Assembly (NCBI GenBank): GCA_012295275.1
Contig: CM022665.1
Coordinates: forward strand, 17,298,001 to 17,362,000
Length of the DNA stretch: 64,000 nt
Reading direction: 5' to 3'
From: Chrysomallon squamiferum
Taxonomy: Eukaryota > Animalia > Mollusca
The notes below the pieces were generated by a model that was not told the DNA's origin, did not search any database, and worked only from the letters and a program-made list of their open reading frames with translations. A program made the position numbers and the translations under genes. Positions 13,480-27,947 of this stretch are shown here, one piece after another (position 1 is the first letter of the stretch; the number at the start of each line of letters is the position of its first letter).

Positions 13480-16282
13480 TTAGATAGATAGATAAAAATA
13501 TAGACATATAAATTATATACAAAAAATATATAAAAAATCATGAAAAAAAATCATATATCAGGAAAATATAACTAATACAGTATTATGTAGTATGAAATCA
13601 TTTTAGTGGTATTATTTCTGCTTGTAACTAATGTACAATGTACCAGAAAGTATAAAAGTTCAAAGTACTTTTAAAACAAACCATACCATAATAGTTAAAA
13701 CATTTGGGCAGAATGTAAATGGAAGGAATAGTAGATTTATCAAACATTTTTTATATTAGCAAAATGCTGTTATTTCTTGTTAGTTAATTAAGATATTTTA
13801 CTTTATTTTATTTTATTTTTTTATTATATTTTTAAACTATAATAAGAAAGCATGTGAATTTTCATGTTTTTCAGAGCTTTGATGTAATTTTAAACTCACT
13901 CTTTGATGAACTCTCTGGCTGTCTTGAAAAGGCAAAAGCTCATGGAAATGCTGAGCATGCATTGTCAATTGCTGTTTTTGTTCTATTACTGGTAAAGGAA
14001 AATGAAATTGAAATTCACAAATGTGAACCATTGGTGGAAAGACTTTATGCCTTTATGCTGCATGTCGATGCAAAGAAACAAAGCTGTCCAAATTATGATC
14101 TTATGAAACTGAATTTTCCAAAAAAGACAGAGTAAGAATTTTGTTATTCTACTATTTTCTGTCAGTCTGTTATTAATTTATAATATTCTTTAGTATGCAG
14201 TTTCATTATAAGTGTCTTAGAGAAAAAACTTTGCCAGTAATCACAGTCACCATGTTGTTTGATGAGAAGTTAGAACAAAATATAAATAGAAAGAAAGAAA
14301 GAAAGGATTTTTATTTTTTTTAAATGTGTGTTTTAAAAATCTGGATTGCATTATGCACTGAAATACAAAATATGTCCTGAATAGTTGTATAAAATCTCAA
14401 AAAATTATTTTATGTTTTATTTACCATTTTAATTATTTGCAGTTTTAATATTGTGGACATTGGTAAACATTTTTAGTCATGTTGGATACTAATTGAATAT
14501 CTAAATATTTAATTAAAAGGTAATAATTTGTTATTTTTTAGCCCTTGCCAAGAGCTGTCCTAATATTATATTTTTTGGCATCAAATTAGATCTTGCTATC
14601 GGTGTCAAACAGTACATTTGCTTTTTGGCCATTCAGTTTAATAATGTTAGATTTCATTTGATTTTATTCATCTTGAGAAAGCTAAATGTTTATGTGTGAT
14701 ATTGAATTATAATACAAAAAAATGAAGTTTAACTTAGAATGTTTTGCATAACTGATCATTTCAGCTAGAAAGTACTGGAGGACAGATTAATTAATTATCC
14801 TATGTCAGTACCTAATAATTGTTATTTGTGCTATTTGAAATTTGTTTTAAGTTGAGATGTATAATATATTTATTGAATTGAATTCCTTAGCTATTATTCA
14901 TATTAACTGTTCATATTTCCAGGACTATATTAAGTGCATTACAAGAATTTATAAAACATATTGGACAGAACATGCCATCTAATGTATGTTGGTTATATAT
15001 GCTGCCATTATATCATTTCCTTCATGGAGATTCAGAGCCTTTCAAAACATCAACACTGGAAAAGCATAGAACTCCAGAATGGTGGGGACTCAAAAGTCTT
15101 AAAAATGAGGCAGAAAAGTTGAGAAAAGCTACAGAAGGATTTTCTTATTTTGGCTATTACCAAGAATGGAAGATGTAAGTATTTATCCTTAATGTGACTG
15201 CTTGTGGCTTAGTGAAAGTTACATATTTTTTCATTCACATTTTCAAACTGATCAAACTACCGTATATATTTTTTTTAAATATTACTTTTATGAAAGATTA
15301 TTTATTTTTAATGTTTTCTTCAAATATGCATAAAATTACATATTTTTGTAAATAATCAAATGCATAATTAAAAGAAAGCCATAATTTTTATTATTAAAAA
15401 AGAGAAGACTTTAATTTTTTTTAGGTATCTGCAGTAGCATTGATTGCTAACAAGAAAACACAACAAATACAAATAAAAGTTTAATTATTTGACAAAATAA
15501 GAGATACGAAAACACAACACAAATATTAACATGATTGTTTTCATTTAATTATCCCTTGTGAGTTAATGTTGTAAGATTCTCTCAAAAACAGGTTTGGAAA
15601 TATTAATTCACTTGGGGAGATAACTGTTGTTCACTATTAATTATTATGTGACTGAATGTTTCTAGTTCATTTTCATTAATAGCAGGTAATATCTGTGTGT
15701 GTGATGGAAAAAAAAGAGAAAAAAGCAGAAAAGAAACAACAGAACAAAAACAACAAAAGCAAAAATGAAAACACCAACCCCAAAACACCAACAACAAACA
15801 CTTATTGTTGTTTTTGTTTTTTTGTTCTGTTTTCCCCCCATGTTCATAGTTCAGTCATATCACCATTTATGTTGTATTTGCCACAGAATAATTTAAGCAT
15901 TTATTGCAAATCAAATATAGGTAGCATTAGTAAACACAAGTGTAAAACACGTCTTCACACACTGAGAAAAAAAATTGTAATAATATGATTATTAAAAGGT
16001 CACTTAGTTTTGCATTTAAAATAATTTAAATTATTATTATTATTTTTTTTTTTTCAAAACTTATTTAAATTTTTCAGCCCTGTACAGAAAGTTATTAAAG
16101 ATCTGGAATTCATGTTTGAGGCAGACTGTCTTTTACCTAGAAGCATCATGTCAGTGCTAACCATCAGACAACTAGAAAGTGCTGTATCATCTCAGATGAT
16201 TCCTCCTTATATTGTTGCTGCAAACCTGTTTTATCATTGGCACACATTGAAGTCACAGTATAAGTCAAGAGAAAACAAAATG
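5708..16282 (+). CDS. RNF213: RNF213 (mysterin)-like giant E3 ligase/AAA+ ATPase gene, N-terminal part only (9 exons, about 592 codons)
   Basis: Exons 5708-5930, 6355-6512(?), 7355-7398, 8299-8442, 10367-10569, 13062-13351, 13875-14131, 14923-15174 and 16078-16282 have AG/GT boundaries and consecutive phases 1,0,2,2,1,0,2,2,0, with no stop codon. Motifs I recognise from RNF213 N-termini: KFCSxCG zinc ribbon, VTVVFHA...LGKW...YKYV...NRT, WHQYDG, WLYMLPLYHFL, PEWWGL and FEADCLLPRS. Confidence 0.8.
6355..6512 (+). CDS. RNF213: RNF213-like exon 2: acidic/polar linker (3' boundary uncertain)
   Basis: Phase-1 acceptor at 6354 gives GSKDPSDISDSQLES...; the only nearby phase-0 donors are weak (GTTAAA at 6513). 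Confidence 0.6.
7355..7398 (+). CDS. RNF213: RNF213-like exon 3 (44-nt mini-exon)
   Basis: ttttcag|AAAACT...CCCG|gtaggt encodes KTESNQTRNAKIVT; its phase-2 end joins the next exon as Arg. Confidence 0.7.
8299..8442 (+). CDS. RNF213: RNF213-like exon 4: start of the CBM20-like beta domain (absent from the ORF track)
   Basis: ttttttag|G, then SHADRVTVVFHALVHGSNKIENEDLYIAFGTDVLGKWNPKMWKMQKT, then |gtaaat. Confidence 0.85.
10367..10569 (+). CDS. RNF213: RNF213-like exon 5
   Basis: tttttcag|T, then KSAECHEYILPVQMPK...FKYKYVF...WECVY...PNRTFHLP...SL, then G|gtaact. Confidence 0.85.
12153..12645 (+). repeat. Intronic 53-bp minisatellite, about 9 copies
   Basis: CTAGAGGTGGATTCACATGCTGAAAATCAAATGGTATATTAAATGTCTTTACA starts at 12189, 12242, 12295, 12348, 12401, 12454, 12507, 12560 and 12613. 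Confidence 0.97.
13062..13351 (+). CDS. RNF213: RNF213-like exon 6
   Basis: atttcag|AT, then EWHQYDGFVYHPC...QAAEYFLP...CFSD, then |gtaagt. Confidence 0.85.
13875..14131 (+). CDS. RNF213: RNF213-like exon 7
   Basis: tttttcag|SFDVILNSLFDEL...FPKKT GA|gtaaga. Confidence 0.85.
14923..15174 (+). CDS. RNF213: RNF213-like exon 8
   Basis: tttccag|G, then TILSALQEF...WLYMLPLYHFL...PEWWGL...EWK, then AT|gtaagt. Confidence 0.87.
16078..16282 (+). CDS. RNF213: RNF213-like exon 9
   Basis: tttttcag|C, then PVQKVIKDLEFMFEADCLLPRSIMSVL...ENKM, then |gtaaat. Confidence 0.85.
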
Positions 16283-17397
16283 GTAAATACAAATTCTCTT
16301 TCTTTCTAAGTGTGTGTGTGTGTTTTAATGTTTGTGTTGTTTCATTAGATATGTGTATTTACATGTATCATATACTGGGAATGCAAGACAGTCCCAATGT
16401 AAAGTGATGACACTGAGTCATCTGCCACTCCTTGATTTTGTAGCAGTTTGTAGTTAAAAACCATATGTTTGTTGATAAAATAAGTCCAGTAATTTATTTA
16501 TTATAAAGTCAAATTTTATTAAGGAAAATGTTTTTTTTTGTGTGTGTGTGTGTGTCTTTGTGTTTTTTTTTTTAAATTCCACATACTTTGTGAGATCCTG
16601 ATTTATGAAATTAGTCAGTTCTCCATAAAAGAAGCCATCATAATATTGAACATTTTGTAAAAATTTTGGAATTCCACAAAGGTTATTGACATTGTAGCTG
16701 GCTGAAATTTATCATAGCAAATTGAGCTGGGACAAACAACAAGGTGATGTCTGAATTAGGTCTGGAGATATTTTTGGGGAAAGTTGATGGATGTTTTAGC
16801 AAAATGCAAGATCTTCCATTATCATGACCCACTGTGTGAAATGCTTAAAATGTTGTTGTTTTTTATAATAACAAATGTTTCATCATAACTGAATGTAATT
16901 TACTCTTGTGCTTTGATGATTGAAGTTTGAAACTTTTGCTACATGGCAGTTTTTGATTGTCCATATGGTGTTATGATGGTTAAATCTACTGCTTATACCC
17001 TCAGCAGGGTGATGGTGCATTGTCATATAATTGAAGTGACATGTTCTGACTGTTTTGGATGATTCCATTTAGCTGTGTAAATATAATCATGAGGTAGATC
17101 AGGTTATGTATTTCATGTCAGCTATAGAAGTTGACTGATATATAACAATTAATTACTCTAGCCTTGATTCAAACTTTTTTAATAACATGTAATAATTATT
17201 AGAAATAAAGGAGTTGTAGAGAAATGAATTTTGTGTTTGTGGATTTAAAACTAAGGTTCAAATTTATTTTAACATAGTTGCTTTTCTTCAAAGTGTTGAA
17301 AAACATAATCCAAAAACTGATACAAAATCTTTAATACTTAACTGATTTCAAAAATTAAAAATCACTTTGGTCCTTTTCTTTTCCTGTCATCTCTTAG

Positions 17398-17447
17398 CTT
17401 ATTTTGGAATACTTGAACATTCCTTCTTGCATGGTTGCTTTGCATAT
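17398..17447 (+). CDS. Candidate further exon of the RNF213-like gene (uncertain)
   Basis: A good pyrimidine tract and AG at 17396-17397 precede phase-0 LILEYLNIPSCMVALH and a possible donor gtatgt at 17448. I recognise no motif and found no compatible next exon. Confidence 0.3.
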
Positions 17448-18209
17448 GTATGTACCTTAAATTTACAAATATATTTCTTACTTTGAAGCAACGAGACAGT
17501 AGCTCTTGTATGCTTTGAGATACCTTACCAGCCAGCATATTGTTTTTTATAGAAACAATATATATCCTCTCAGGTGAATTATACATATATCTGTATAAAC
17601 TGAATTGGTGCCAAATAAGTGACATTATCACCTTTTTGACAATTTACCCAATGTGCTTTCTTGTAATAACAATATTCATGTCTTTCCTGTTTTAATACAT
17701 TAATCGTTTAGCAAGAGTATATTAACTGAGTATCATACATCGGTATATTCAATATTTAACAATATGGGGGTGGGGAATTAAATGTTATTTATAATATATA
17801 ACCTGTCTATGTTTGATTTATTAAATATATATATATATATATTTTAGTACTACAGCATGACAGGAAGGAATTATATCATTTGTAATTATGTGTCCATAGC
17901 ATATTTCAGTACTTATTTGTTATACCTGGTCATAAAGAGTAATGTGCAAAGAGCATCAATTGTTTTGTCATTTGTAACTGATACATAAACATATTACAGA
18001 CTTATTAGATTTGTTATACCAGTATACTCATGTATTGAAATATTTCAGTTTGTGGTATACTCTTGTTTTGAAATGGTACAAATAATTCATAATATGAGAT
18101 AACATTTATTATAAGTTTTATAACATACTGAATCTACTAATAATATAAATATTAAAACTTATGTATGATATGTTATTATGTGCTGTTCTTGCTTAATTAT
18201 GTATTATTG

Positions 18210-18409
18210 NNNNNNNNNNNNNNNNNNNNNNNNNNNNNNNNNNNNNNNNNNNNNNNNNNNNNNNNNNNNNNNNNNNNNNNNNNNNNNNNNNNNNNNNNNN
18301 NNNNNNNNNNNNNNNNNNNNNNNNNNNNNNNNNNNNNNNNNNNNNNNNNNNNNNNNNNNNNNNNNNNNNNNNNNNNNNNNNNNNNNNNNNNNNNNNNNNN
18401 NNNNNNNNN
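18210..18409. other. Assembly gap (200 N)
   Basis: Run of exactly 200 N, typical of a fixed-size scaffolding spacer. Confidence 0.99.
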
Positions 18410-18905
18410 AGAAACAAAATTCAATTCATTAGAAATTGCCTGAAAATTTAAAAACAAACAAACTTCAGTATATTAATAAAATACAAAAGAAATAATAAAT
18501 TCTGATATTAAAAAACGATTCTATCAAATGACACAATAAATTATTTGATTTACTGATTTTTTTATTATAAGAACAGTAAGCAAATTTGACAGGATAGAAT
18601 AAACAAATAAGTAAACAATGACAGAACAACTTTGAAATTTTAAAACGATCGAAACTCGGCGTTTTTGGATTCCATTTATCGGATAATTATCGCATGTAAG
18701 CTTAGTGATTACATCTCACGTAAGGGACATAACTCTAATCTAGGTTAGTGAACACATATCACTAAAGGGAGATAAGTCTAATCGATATAATTTTTTCTTT
18801 GCTTAGTGAGTTCATCTCACGTAAGGGACCTAACTCTCATCTTTTTGTGAGCACATATCACTAAAACGATATAAGTATAATCGATATGAATTTTTCTTTG
18901 CTTAG

Positions 18906-18991
<86 letters not shown>

Positions 18992-19542
18992 CATACACAG
19001 AGAAAAACCTCTGGTACTGAATTTATATACAATTCTAAAAGAAACAAAATTCAATTCATTAGAAATTGCCTGAAAATAAAAAAAAAACAAACAAACTTCA
19101 GTATATTAATAAAATACAAAAGAAATAATAAATTCTGATATAAAAAAAAACGATTCTATCAAATGACACAATAAATTATTTGATTTTTACTTTTTTTTAT
19201 TATAAGAACAGTAAGCAAATTTGACAGGATAGAATAAACAAATAAGTAAACTTTGAAATTTTAAAAGAACAATTTTGAAATTTTAAAACGATCGAAACTC
19301 GGCGTTTTTGGATTCCATTTATCGGATAATTATCGCATGTAAGCTTAGTGATTACATCTCACGTAAGGGACATAACTCTAATCTAGGTTAGTGAACACAT
19401 ATCACTAAAGGGAGATAAGTCTAATCGATATTTTTTTTTTTCTTTGCTTAGTGAGTTCATAAGGGTAAGGGACCTAACTCTCTTTTTTTTTGCACAGCAT
19501 CACTAAAACGATATAAAACGATATAATATAATATGATATTTT

Positions 19543-19632
<90 letters not shown>

Positions 19633-21459
19633 AGAGAAAAACCTCTGGTACTGAATTTATATACAATTCTAAAAGAAACAAAATTCAATTCATTAGAAAT
19701 TGCCTGAAAATTTAAAACAAACAAACTTCAGTATATTAATAAAATACAAAAAAAGAAATAAAATAAATTCTGATAAAAAACGATTCTATCAAAAACGATT
19801 CTATCAATTTGACACAATATTTTTTTTTAAGAATTTTTATTGATTTTTTTATTATAAGAACAGTAAGCAAATTTGACAGGATAGAATAAACAAATAAGTA
19901 AACAATGACAGAACAACTTTGAAATTTTAAAACGATCGAAACTCGGCGTTTTTGGATTCCATTTATCGGATAATTATCGCATGTAAGCTTAGTGATTACA
20001 TCTCACGTAAGGGACATAACTCTAATCTAGGTTAGTGAACACATATCACTAAAGGGAGATAAGTCTAATCGATATTTTTTTTTTCTTTGCTTAGTGAGTT
20101 CATCTCACGTAAGGGACCTAACTCTCATTTTTTTGTGAGCACATATCACTAAAACGATATAAGTATAATCGATATTTTTTTTCTTTGCTTATATATATAT
20201 ATATATATATATATAGATATACACACACACACACACACAACACACACACACACACACATACACAGAGAAAAACCTCTGGTACTGAATTTTATATACAATT
20301 CTAAAAGAAACAAAATTCAATTCATTAGAAATTGCCTGAAAATTTAAAAAAACAAAAAAATTTCAAAAAAAAACAAAAAGAAATAATAAATATTAAAAAC
20401 GAAAATATCAAAAAAAAATAATTAAATTTTTCTGATAAAAAAAAAACGAATCAAATTATCAAATGATAAACAATAAATTATTTGATTTTACTTTTTTTTT
20501 TATTATAATAAACAATAAACAAATTTGACAGGATAGAATAAACAAATAAGTAAACAATGACAGAACAACTTTGAAATTTTAAAACGATCGAAACTCGGCA
20601 TTTTTTTGGATTCCATTTATCGGATAATTATCGCATGTAAGCTTAGTGATTACATCTCACGTAAGGGACATAACTCTAATCTAGGTTAGTGAACACATAT
20701 CACTAAAGGGAGATAAGTCTAATCGATATAATTTTTTCTTTGCTTAGTGAGTTCATCTCACATAAGGGACCTAACTCTCATCTGTTTGTGAGCACATATC
20801 ACTAAAACGATATAAGTATAATCGATATGAATTTTTCTTTGCTTAGTAAATATATATATATATATATATATATAGATATACAGGCAGACACACACAGACA
20901 AACACACGCACACACACATACACAGAGAAAAACCTCTGGTACTGAATTTATATACAATTCTAAAAGAAACAAAATTCAATTCATTAGAAATTGCCTGAAA
21001 ATTTAAAAACAAACAAACTTCAGTATATTAATAAAATACAAAAGAAATAATAAATTCTGATATTAAAAAACGATTCTATCAAATGACACAATAAATTATT
21101 TGATTTACTGATTTTTTTATTATAAGAACAGTAAGCAAATTTGACAGGATAGAATAAACAAATAAGTAAACAATGACAGAACAACTTTGAAATTTTAAAA
21201 CGATCGAAACTCGGCGTTTTTGGATTCCATTTATCGGATAATTATCGCATGTAAGCTTAGTGATTACATCTCACGTAAGGGACATAACTCTAATCTAGGT
21301 TAGTGAACACATATCACTAAAGGGAGATAAGTCTAATCGATATAATTTTTTCTTTGCTTAGTGAGTTCATCTCACGTAAGGGACCTAACTCTCATCTTTT
21401 TGTGAGCACATATCACTAAAACGATATAAGTATAATCGATATGATTTTTTTTTTTTTAG

Positions 21460-21497
<38 letters not shown>

Positions 21498-21507
21498 TAT
21501 ACAGGCA

Positions 21508-21544
<37 letters not shown>

Positions 21545-22169
21545 AGAGAAAAACCTCTGGTACTGAATTTATATACAATTCTAAAAGAAACAAAATTCAA
21601 TTCATTAGAAATTGCCTGAAAATTTAAAAACAAACAAACTTCAGTATATTAATAAAATACAAAAAGAAATAATAAATTCTGATATTAAAAAACGATTCTA
21701 TCAAATGACACAATAAAATTTGATTTCTTTTTTATTAAATGACAATACACAAATTTTTTTATTTTGAACATTTTTATTGATTTTTTTTTTATTATAAAAA
21801 AAATAACAAAATTTGACAGGATAAATAAAAAAACAAATAAGTAAACAATGACAGAACAACTTTGAAATTTTAAAACGATCGAAACTCGGCGTTTTTGGAT
21901 TCCATTTATCGGATAATTATCGCATGTAAGCTTAGTGATTACATCTCACGTAAGGGACATAACTCTAATCTAGGTTAGTGAACACATATCACTAAAGGGA
22001 GATAAGTCTAATCGATATAATTTTTTCTTTGCTTAGTGAGTTCATCTCACGTAAGGGACCTAACTCTCATCTTTTTGTGAGCACATATCACTAAAACGAT
22101 ATAAGTATAATCGATATGAATTTTTCTTTGCTTAGTATAATATATATATATATATAGATATACAGGCAG

Positions 22170-22219
<50 letters not shown>

Positions 22220-22792
22220 AGAGAAAAACCTCTGGTACTGAATTTATATACAATTCAAAAAACAAAACAAAATTCAATTCATTAGAAATTTAAAAAAAAA
22301 AAAAAAAAAACAAACAAACTTAATAAAAAAATAAAATAAAAAAAGAAATAATAAATTCTGAAAAAAAACGATTCTATCAAAACAATAAAATTAAATTATT
22401 TTGATTTTATTATTATTTTTTGACAGGATAAACAAATAAGTAAACAATAAACAAAATTTGAATAAGGATAGAATAAACAAATTTTAAACAATGACAGAAC
22501 AACTTTGAAATTTTAAAACGATCGAAACTCGGCGTTTTTGGATTCCATTTATCGGATAATTATCGCATGTAAGCTTAGTGATTACATCTCACGTAAGGGA
22601 CATAACTCTAATCTAGGTTAGTGAACACATATCACTAAAGGGAGATAAGTCTAATCGATATTTTTTTTTTTCTTTGCTTAGTGAGTTCATCTCACGTAAG
22701 GGACCTAACTCTCATCTTTTTGTGAGCACATATTTCACTAAAATCACATAAAACGATAATAAAACGATATTTTTTTATAATATGATATGATT

Positions 22793-22874
<82 letters not shown>

Positions 22875-23462
22875 AAAACACACATATACAATTCTAAAAC
22901 AAAATTCAATTCATTAGAAAGAAAAAAATTAAAAAAAAACAAATTTATATAAATTAAAAAAAAAAAAAACAAAATTCAATTCATTAAAAATTGCCTGAAA
23001 AAAAAAATAAAACAAACTTCAGTATATTAATAAAATAAAAAAAGAAATAAAAATTTGATATTAAAAACGATTTATCAAATGACACAATAAATTATTTGAT
23101 TTTGATTTTTTTATTATAAGAACAATAAGCAAATTTGACAGGATAGAATAAACAAATAAGTAAACAATGACAGAACAACTTTGAAATTTTAAAACGATCG
23201 AAACTCGGCGTTTTTGGATTCCATTTATCGGATAATTATCGCATGTAAGCTTAGTGATTACATCTCACGTAAGGGACATAACTCTAATCTAATCTAGGTT
23301 AGTGAACACATATCACTAAAAGGGAGATAAGTCTAATCGATATTTTTTTTTTTCTTTGCTTAGTGAGTTCATCTCACATAAGGGACCTAACTCTCATCTT
23401 TTTTGAGCAGCACATAAAAAAAAAACGATATAATCGATATGAATATAATCGATATAATTTTT

Positions 23463-23544
<82 letters not shown>

Positions 23545-24128
23545 CATACACAGAAAAAAACCTCTGGTACTGAATTTATATACAATTCTAAAAGAAACAA
23601 AATTCAATTCATTAGAAATTTGAAAATTTAAAAAAAACAAACCTGAAAAAAAAAAAAACAAACAAACTTCAGTATATTAATAAAATACAAAAGAAATAAT
23701 AAATTCTGATATTAAAAAACGATTCTATCAAATGACACAATAAATTATTTGATTTACTGATTTTTTTTTTATTATAAGAACAGTAAGCAAATTTGACAGG
23801 ATAGAATAAACAAATAAGTAAACAACAGAACAACTTTGAAAATTTTTTTTGAAAACTCGGCGTTTTTTTTAAAACGATCGAAACTCGGCATTTTTTTGGA
23901 TTCCATTTATCGGATAATTATCGCATGTAAGCTTAGTGATTACATCTCACGTAAGGGACATAACTCTAATCTAGGTTAGTGAACACATATCTAAAAAGGG
24001 AGATAAGTCTAATCGATATTTTTTTTCTTTGCTTAGTGAGTTCATCTCAGGGTAAGGGACCTAACTCTCATCTTTGTTTTATCAGCAAAACGATATAAAA
24101 TAATCGATATTTTATTTAATCGCTTATT

Positions 24129-24227
<99 letters not shown>

Positions 24228-25381
24228 AACCTCTGGTACTGAATTTATATACAAAAAAAAAAACAAAATTCAATTCATTAGAAATTGCCTGAAAATTTAA
24301 AAACAAACAAACTTCAGTATATTAATAAAATACAAAAGAAATAATAAATTCTGATATAAAAAAAAAAACGATTCTATCAAATGACACAATAAAATTTGAC
24401 ATTTGATTTTTTTATTTTTATTTTTTTTTTTTTTTTAAGAATAAGAACAAAGATAAATAAATTAAACAATAAATAAATAAATAAGTAAAGTAAACAATGA
24501 CAGAAAATTTTTTGAAATTTTAAAACGATCGAAACCATCGGCGTTTTTGGATTCCATTTATCGGATAATTATCGCATGTAAGCTTAGTGATTACATCTCA
24601 CGTAAGGGACATAACTCTAATCTAGGTTAGTGAACACATATCACTAAAGGGAGATAAGTCTAATCGATATAATTTTTTCTTTGCTTAGTGAGTTCATCTC
24701 ACATAAGGGACCTAACTCTCATCTGTTTGTGAGCACATATCACTAAAACGATATAAGTATAATCGATATGAATTTTTCTTTGCTTAGTAAATATATATAT
24801 ATATAGATATATAGGCAAACACACACACAAACACACACACACACACACATACACAGAGAAAAACCTCTGGTACTGAATTTATATACAATTCTAAAAGAAA
24901 CAAAATTCAATTCATTAGAAATTGCCTGAAAATTTAAAAACAAACAAACTTCAGTATATTAATAAAATACAAAAGAAATAATAAATTCTGATATTAAAAA
25001 ACGATTCTATCAAATGACACAATAAATTATTTGATTTACTGATTTTTTTATTATAAGAACAGTAAGCAAATTTGACAGGATAGAATAAACAAATAAGTAA
25101 ACAATGACAGAACAACTTTGAAATTTTAAAACGATCGAAACTCGGCGTTTTTGGATTCCATTTATCGGATAATTATCGCATGTAAGCTTAGTGATTACAT
25201 CTCACGTAAGGGACATAACTCTAATCTAGGTTAGTGAACACATATCACTAAAGGGAGATAAGTCTAATCGATATTTTTTTTTCTTTGCTTAGTGAGTTCA
25301 TCTCACGTAAGGGACCTAACTCTCATTTTTTTGTGAGCACATATCACTAAAACGATATAAGTATAATCGATATTTTTTTTT

Positions 25382-25467
<86 letters not shown>

Positions 25468-26642
25468 AGAGAAAAACCTCTGGTACTGAATTTATATACA
25501 ATTCTAAAAGAAACAAAATTCAATTCATTAGAAATTGCCTGAAAATTTAAAAACAAACAAACTTCAGTATATTAATAAAATAAAAAAAACAAAAGAAATA
25601 ATAAATTCTGATAAAAAAAAAACGATTCTATCAAATGACACAATAAATTATTTGATTTACTTGATTTTTTTATTATAAGAACAGTAAGCAAATTTGACAG
25701 GATAGAATAAACAAATAAGTAAACAATGACAGAACAACTTTGAAATTTTAAAACGATCGAAACTCGGCGTTTTTGGATTCCATTTATCGGATAATTATCG
25801 CATGTAAGCTTAGTGATTACATCTCACGTAAGGGACATAACTCTAATCTAGGTTAGTGAACACATATCACTAAAGGGAGATAAGTCTAATCGATATTTTT
25901 TTTTCTTTGCTTAGTGAGTTCATCTCACGTAAGGGACCTAACTCTCATCTTTTTGTGAGCACATATCACTAAAACGATATAAGTATAATCGATATGAATT
26001 TTTCTTTGCTTAGTAAATATATATATATATATATAGATATATAGGCAAACACACACACACACACAACACACACACACACACACACATACACAGAGAAAAA
26101 CCTCTGGTACTGAATTTATATACAATTCTAAAAGAAACAAAATTCAATTCATTAGAAATTGCCTGAAAATTTAAAAACAAACAAACTAAAATATATAAAA
26201 AAATAATAAAATATATTAAAAAAAGAAATAATAAAATTCTGATATTAAAAAAAACGATTCTATCAAATGACACAATAAATTATTTGATTTACTGATTTTT
26301 TTATTATAAGAACAGTAAGCAAATTTGACAGGATAGAATAAACAAATAAGTAAACAATGACAGAACAACTTTGAAATTTTAAAACGATCGAAACTCGAGC
26401 GTTTTTGGATTCCATTTATCGGATAATTATCGCATGTAAGCTTAGTGATTACATCTCACGTAAGGGACATAACTCTAATCTAGGTTAGTGAACACATATC
26501 ACTAAAGGGAGATAAGTCTAATCGATATTTTTTTTTCTTTGCTTAGTGAGTTCATCTCACGTAAGGGACCTAACTCTCATCTTTTTGTGAGCACATATCA
26601 CTAAAAAACGATATAAGTATAATCGATATTTTTTTTCTTTAG

Positions 26643-26706
<64 letters not shown>

Positions 26707-27884
26707 ACACACACACACACACATACACAGAGAAAAACCTCTGGTACTGAATTTATATACAATTCTAAAAGAAACAAAATTCAATTCATTAGAAATTGCC
26801 TGAAAATTTAAAAACAAACAAACTTCAGTATATTAATAAAATACAAAAGAAATAATAAATTCTGATATTAAAAAACGATTCTATCAAATGACACAATAAA
26901 TTATTTGATTTACTGATTTTTTTATTATAAGAACAGTAAGCAAATTTGACAGGATAGAATAAACAAATAAGTAAACAATGACAGAACAACTTTGAAATTT
27001 TAAAACGATCGAAACTCGGCGTTTTTGGATTCCATTTATCGGATAATTATCGCATGTAAGCTTAGTGATTACATCTCACGTAAGGGACATAACTCTAATC
27101 AAGGTTAGTGAACACATATCACTAAAGGGAGATAAGTCTAATCGATATAATTTTTTCTTTGCTTAGTGAGTTCATCTCACATAAGGGACCTAACTCTCAT
27201 CTGTTTGTGAGCACATATCACTAAAACGATATAAGTATAATCGATATGAATTTTTCTTTGCTTAGTAAATATATATATATATATATAGATATACAGGCAG
27301 ACACACACACACAAACACACGCACACACACATACACAGAGAAAAACCTCTGGTACTGAATTTATATACAATTCTAAAAGAAACAAAATTCAATTCATTAG
27401 AAATTGCCTGAAAATAAAAAAAAAAAACAAACAAACTTCAGTATATTAATAAAATACAAAAGAAATAATAAATTCTGATATTAAAAAACGATTCTATCAA
27501 ATGACACAATAAATTATTTGATTTACTGATTTTTTTATTATAAGAACAGTAAGCAAATTTGACAGGATAGAATAAACAAATAAGTAAACAATGACAGAAC
27601 AACTTTGAAATTTTAAAACGATCGAAACTCGGCGTTTTTGGATTCCATTTATCGGATAATTATCGCATGTAAGCTTAGTGATTACATCTCACGTAAGGGA
27701 CATAACTCTAATCTAGGTTAGTGAACACATATCACTAAAGGGAGATAAGTCTAATCGATATAATTTTTTCTTTGCTTAGTGAGTTCATCTCACGTAAGGG
27801 ACCTAACTCTCATCTTTTTGTGAGCACATATCACTAACAACGATATAAATCGATATAATCGATATGAATTTTTCTTTGCTTATA

Positions 27885-27947
<63 letters not shown>

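Noticed and set aside
17489-17575. Another RNF213 exon ending at a CAG|GTGAAT donor
   Set aside because: All three frames from the nearest acceptor contain stops, and the implied upstream intron would be only about 40 nt.
18645-18680. Possible CENP-B box in the CpG-containing part of the monomer
   Set aside because: CTCGGCGTTTTTGGATTCC does not fit the TTCG....A..CGGG core; nothing here shows centromeric function.
18690-18910. GTGA...TCAC resemblance to bacterial CRP/CAP sites
   Set aside because: CRP sites have a 6-bp spacer and these have 7; there is no sign of bacterial sequence.
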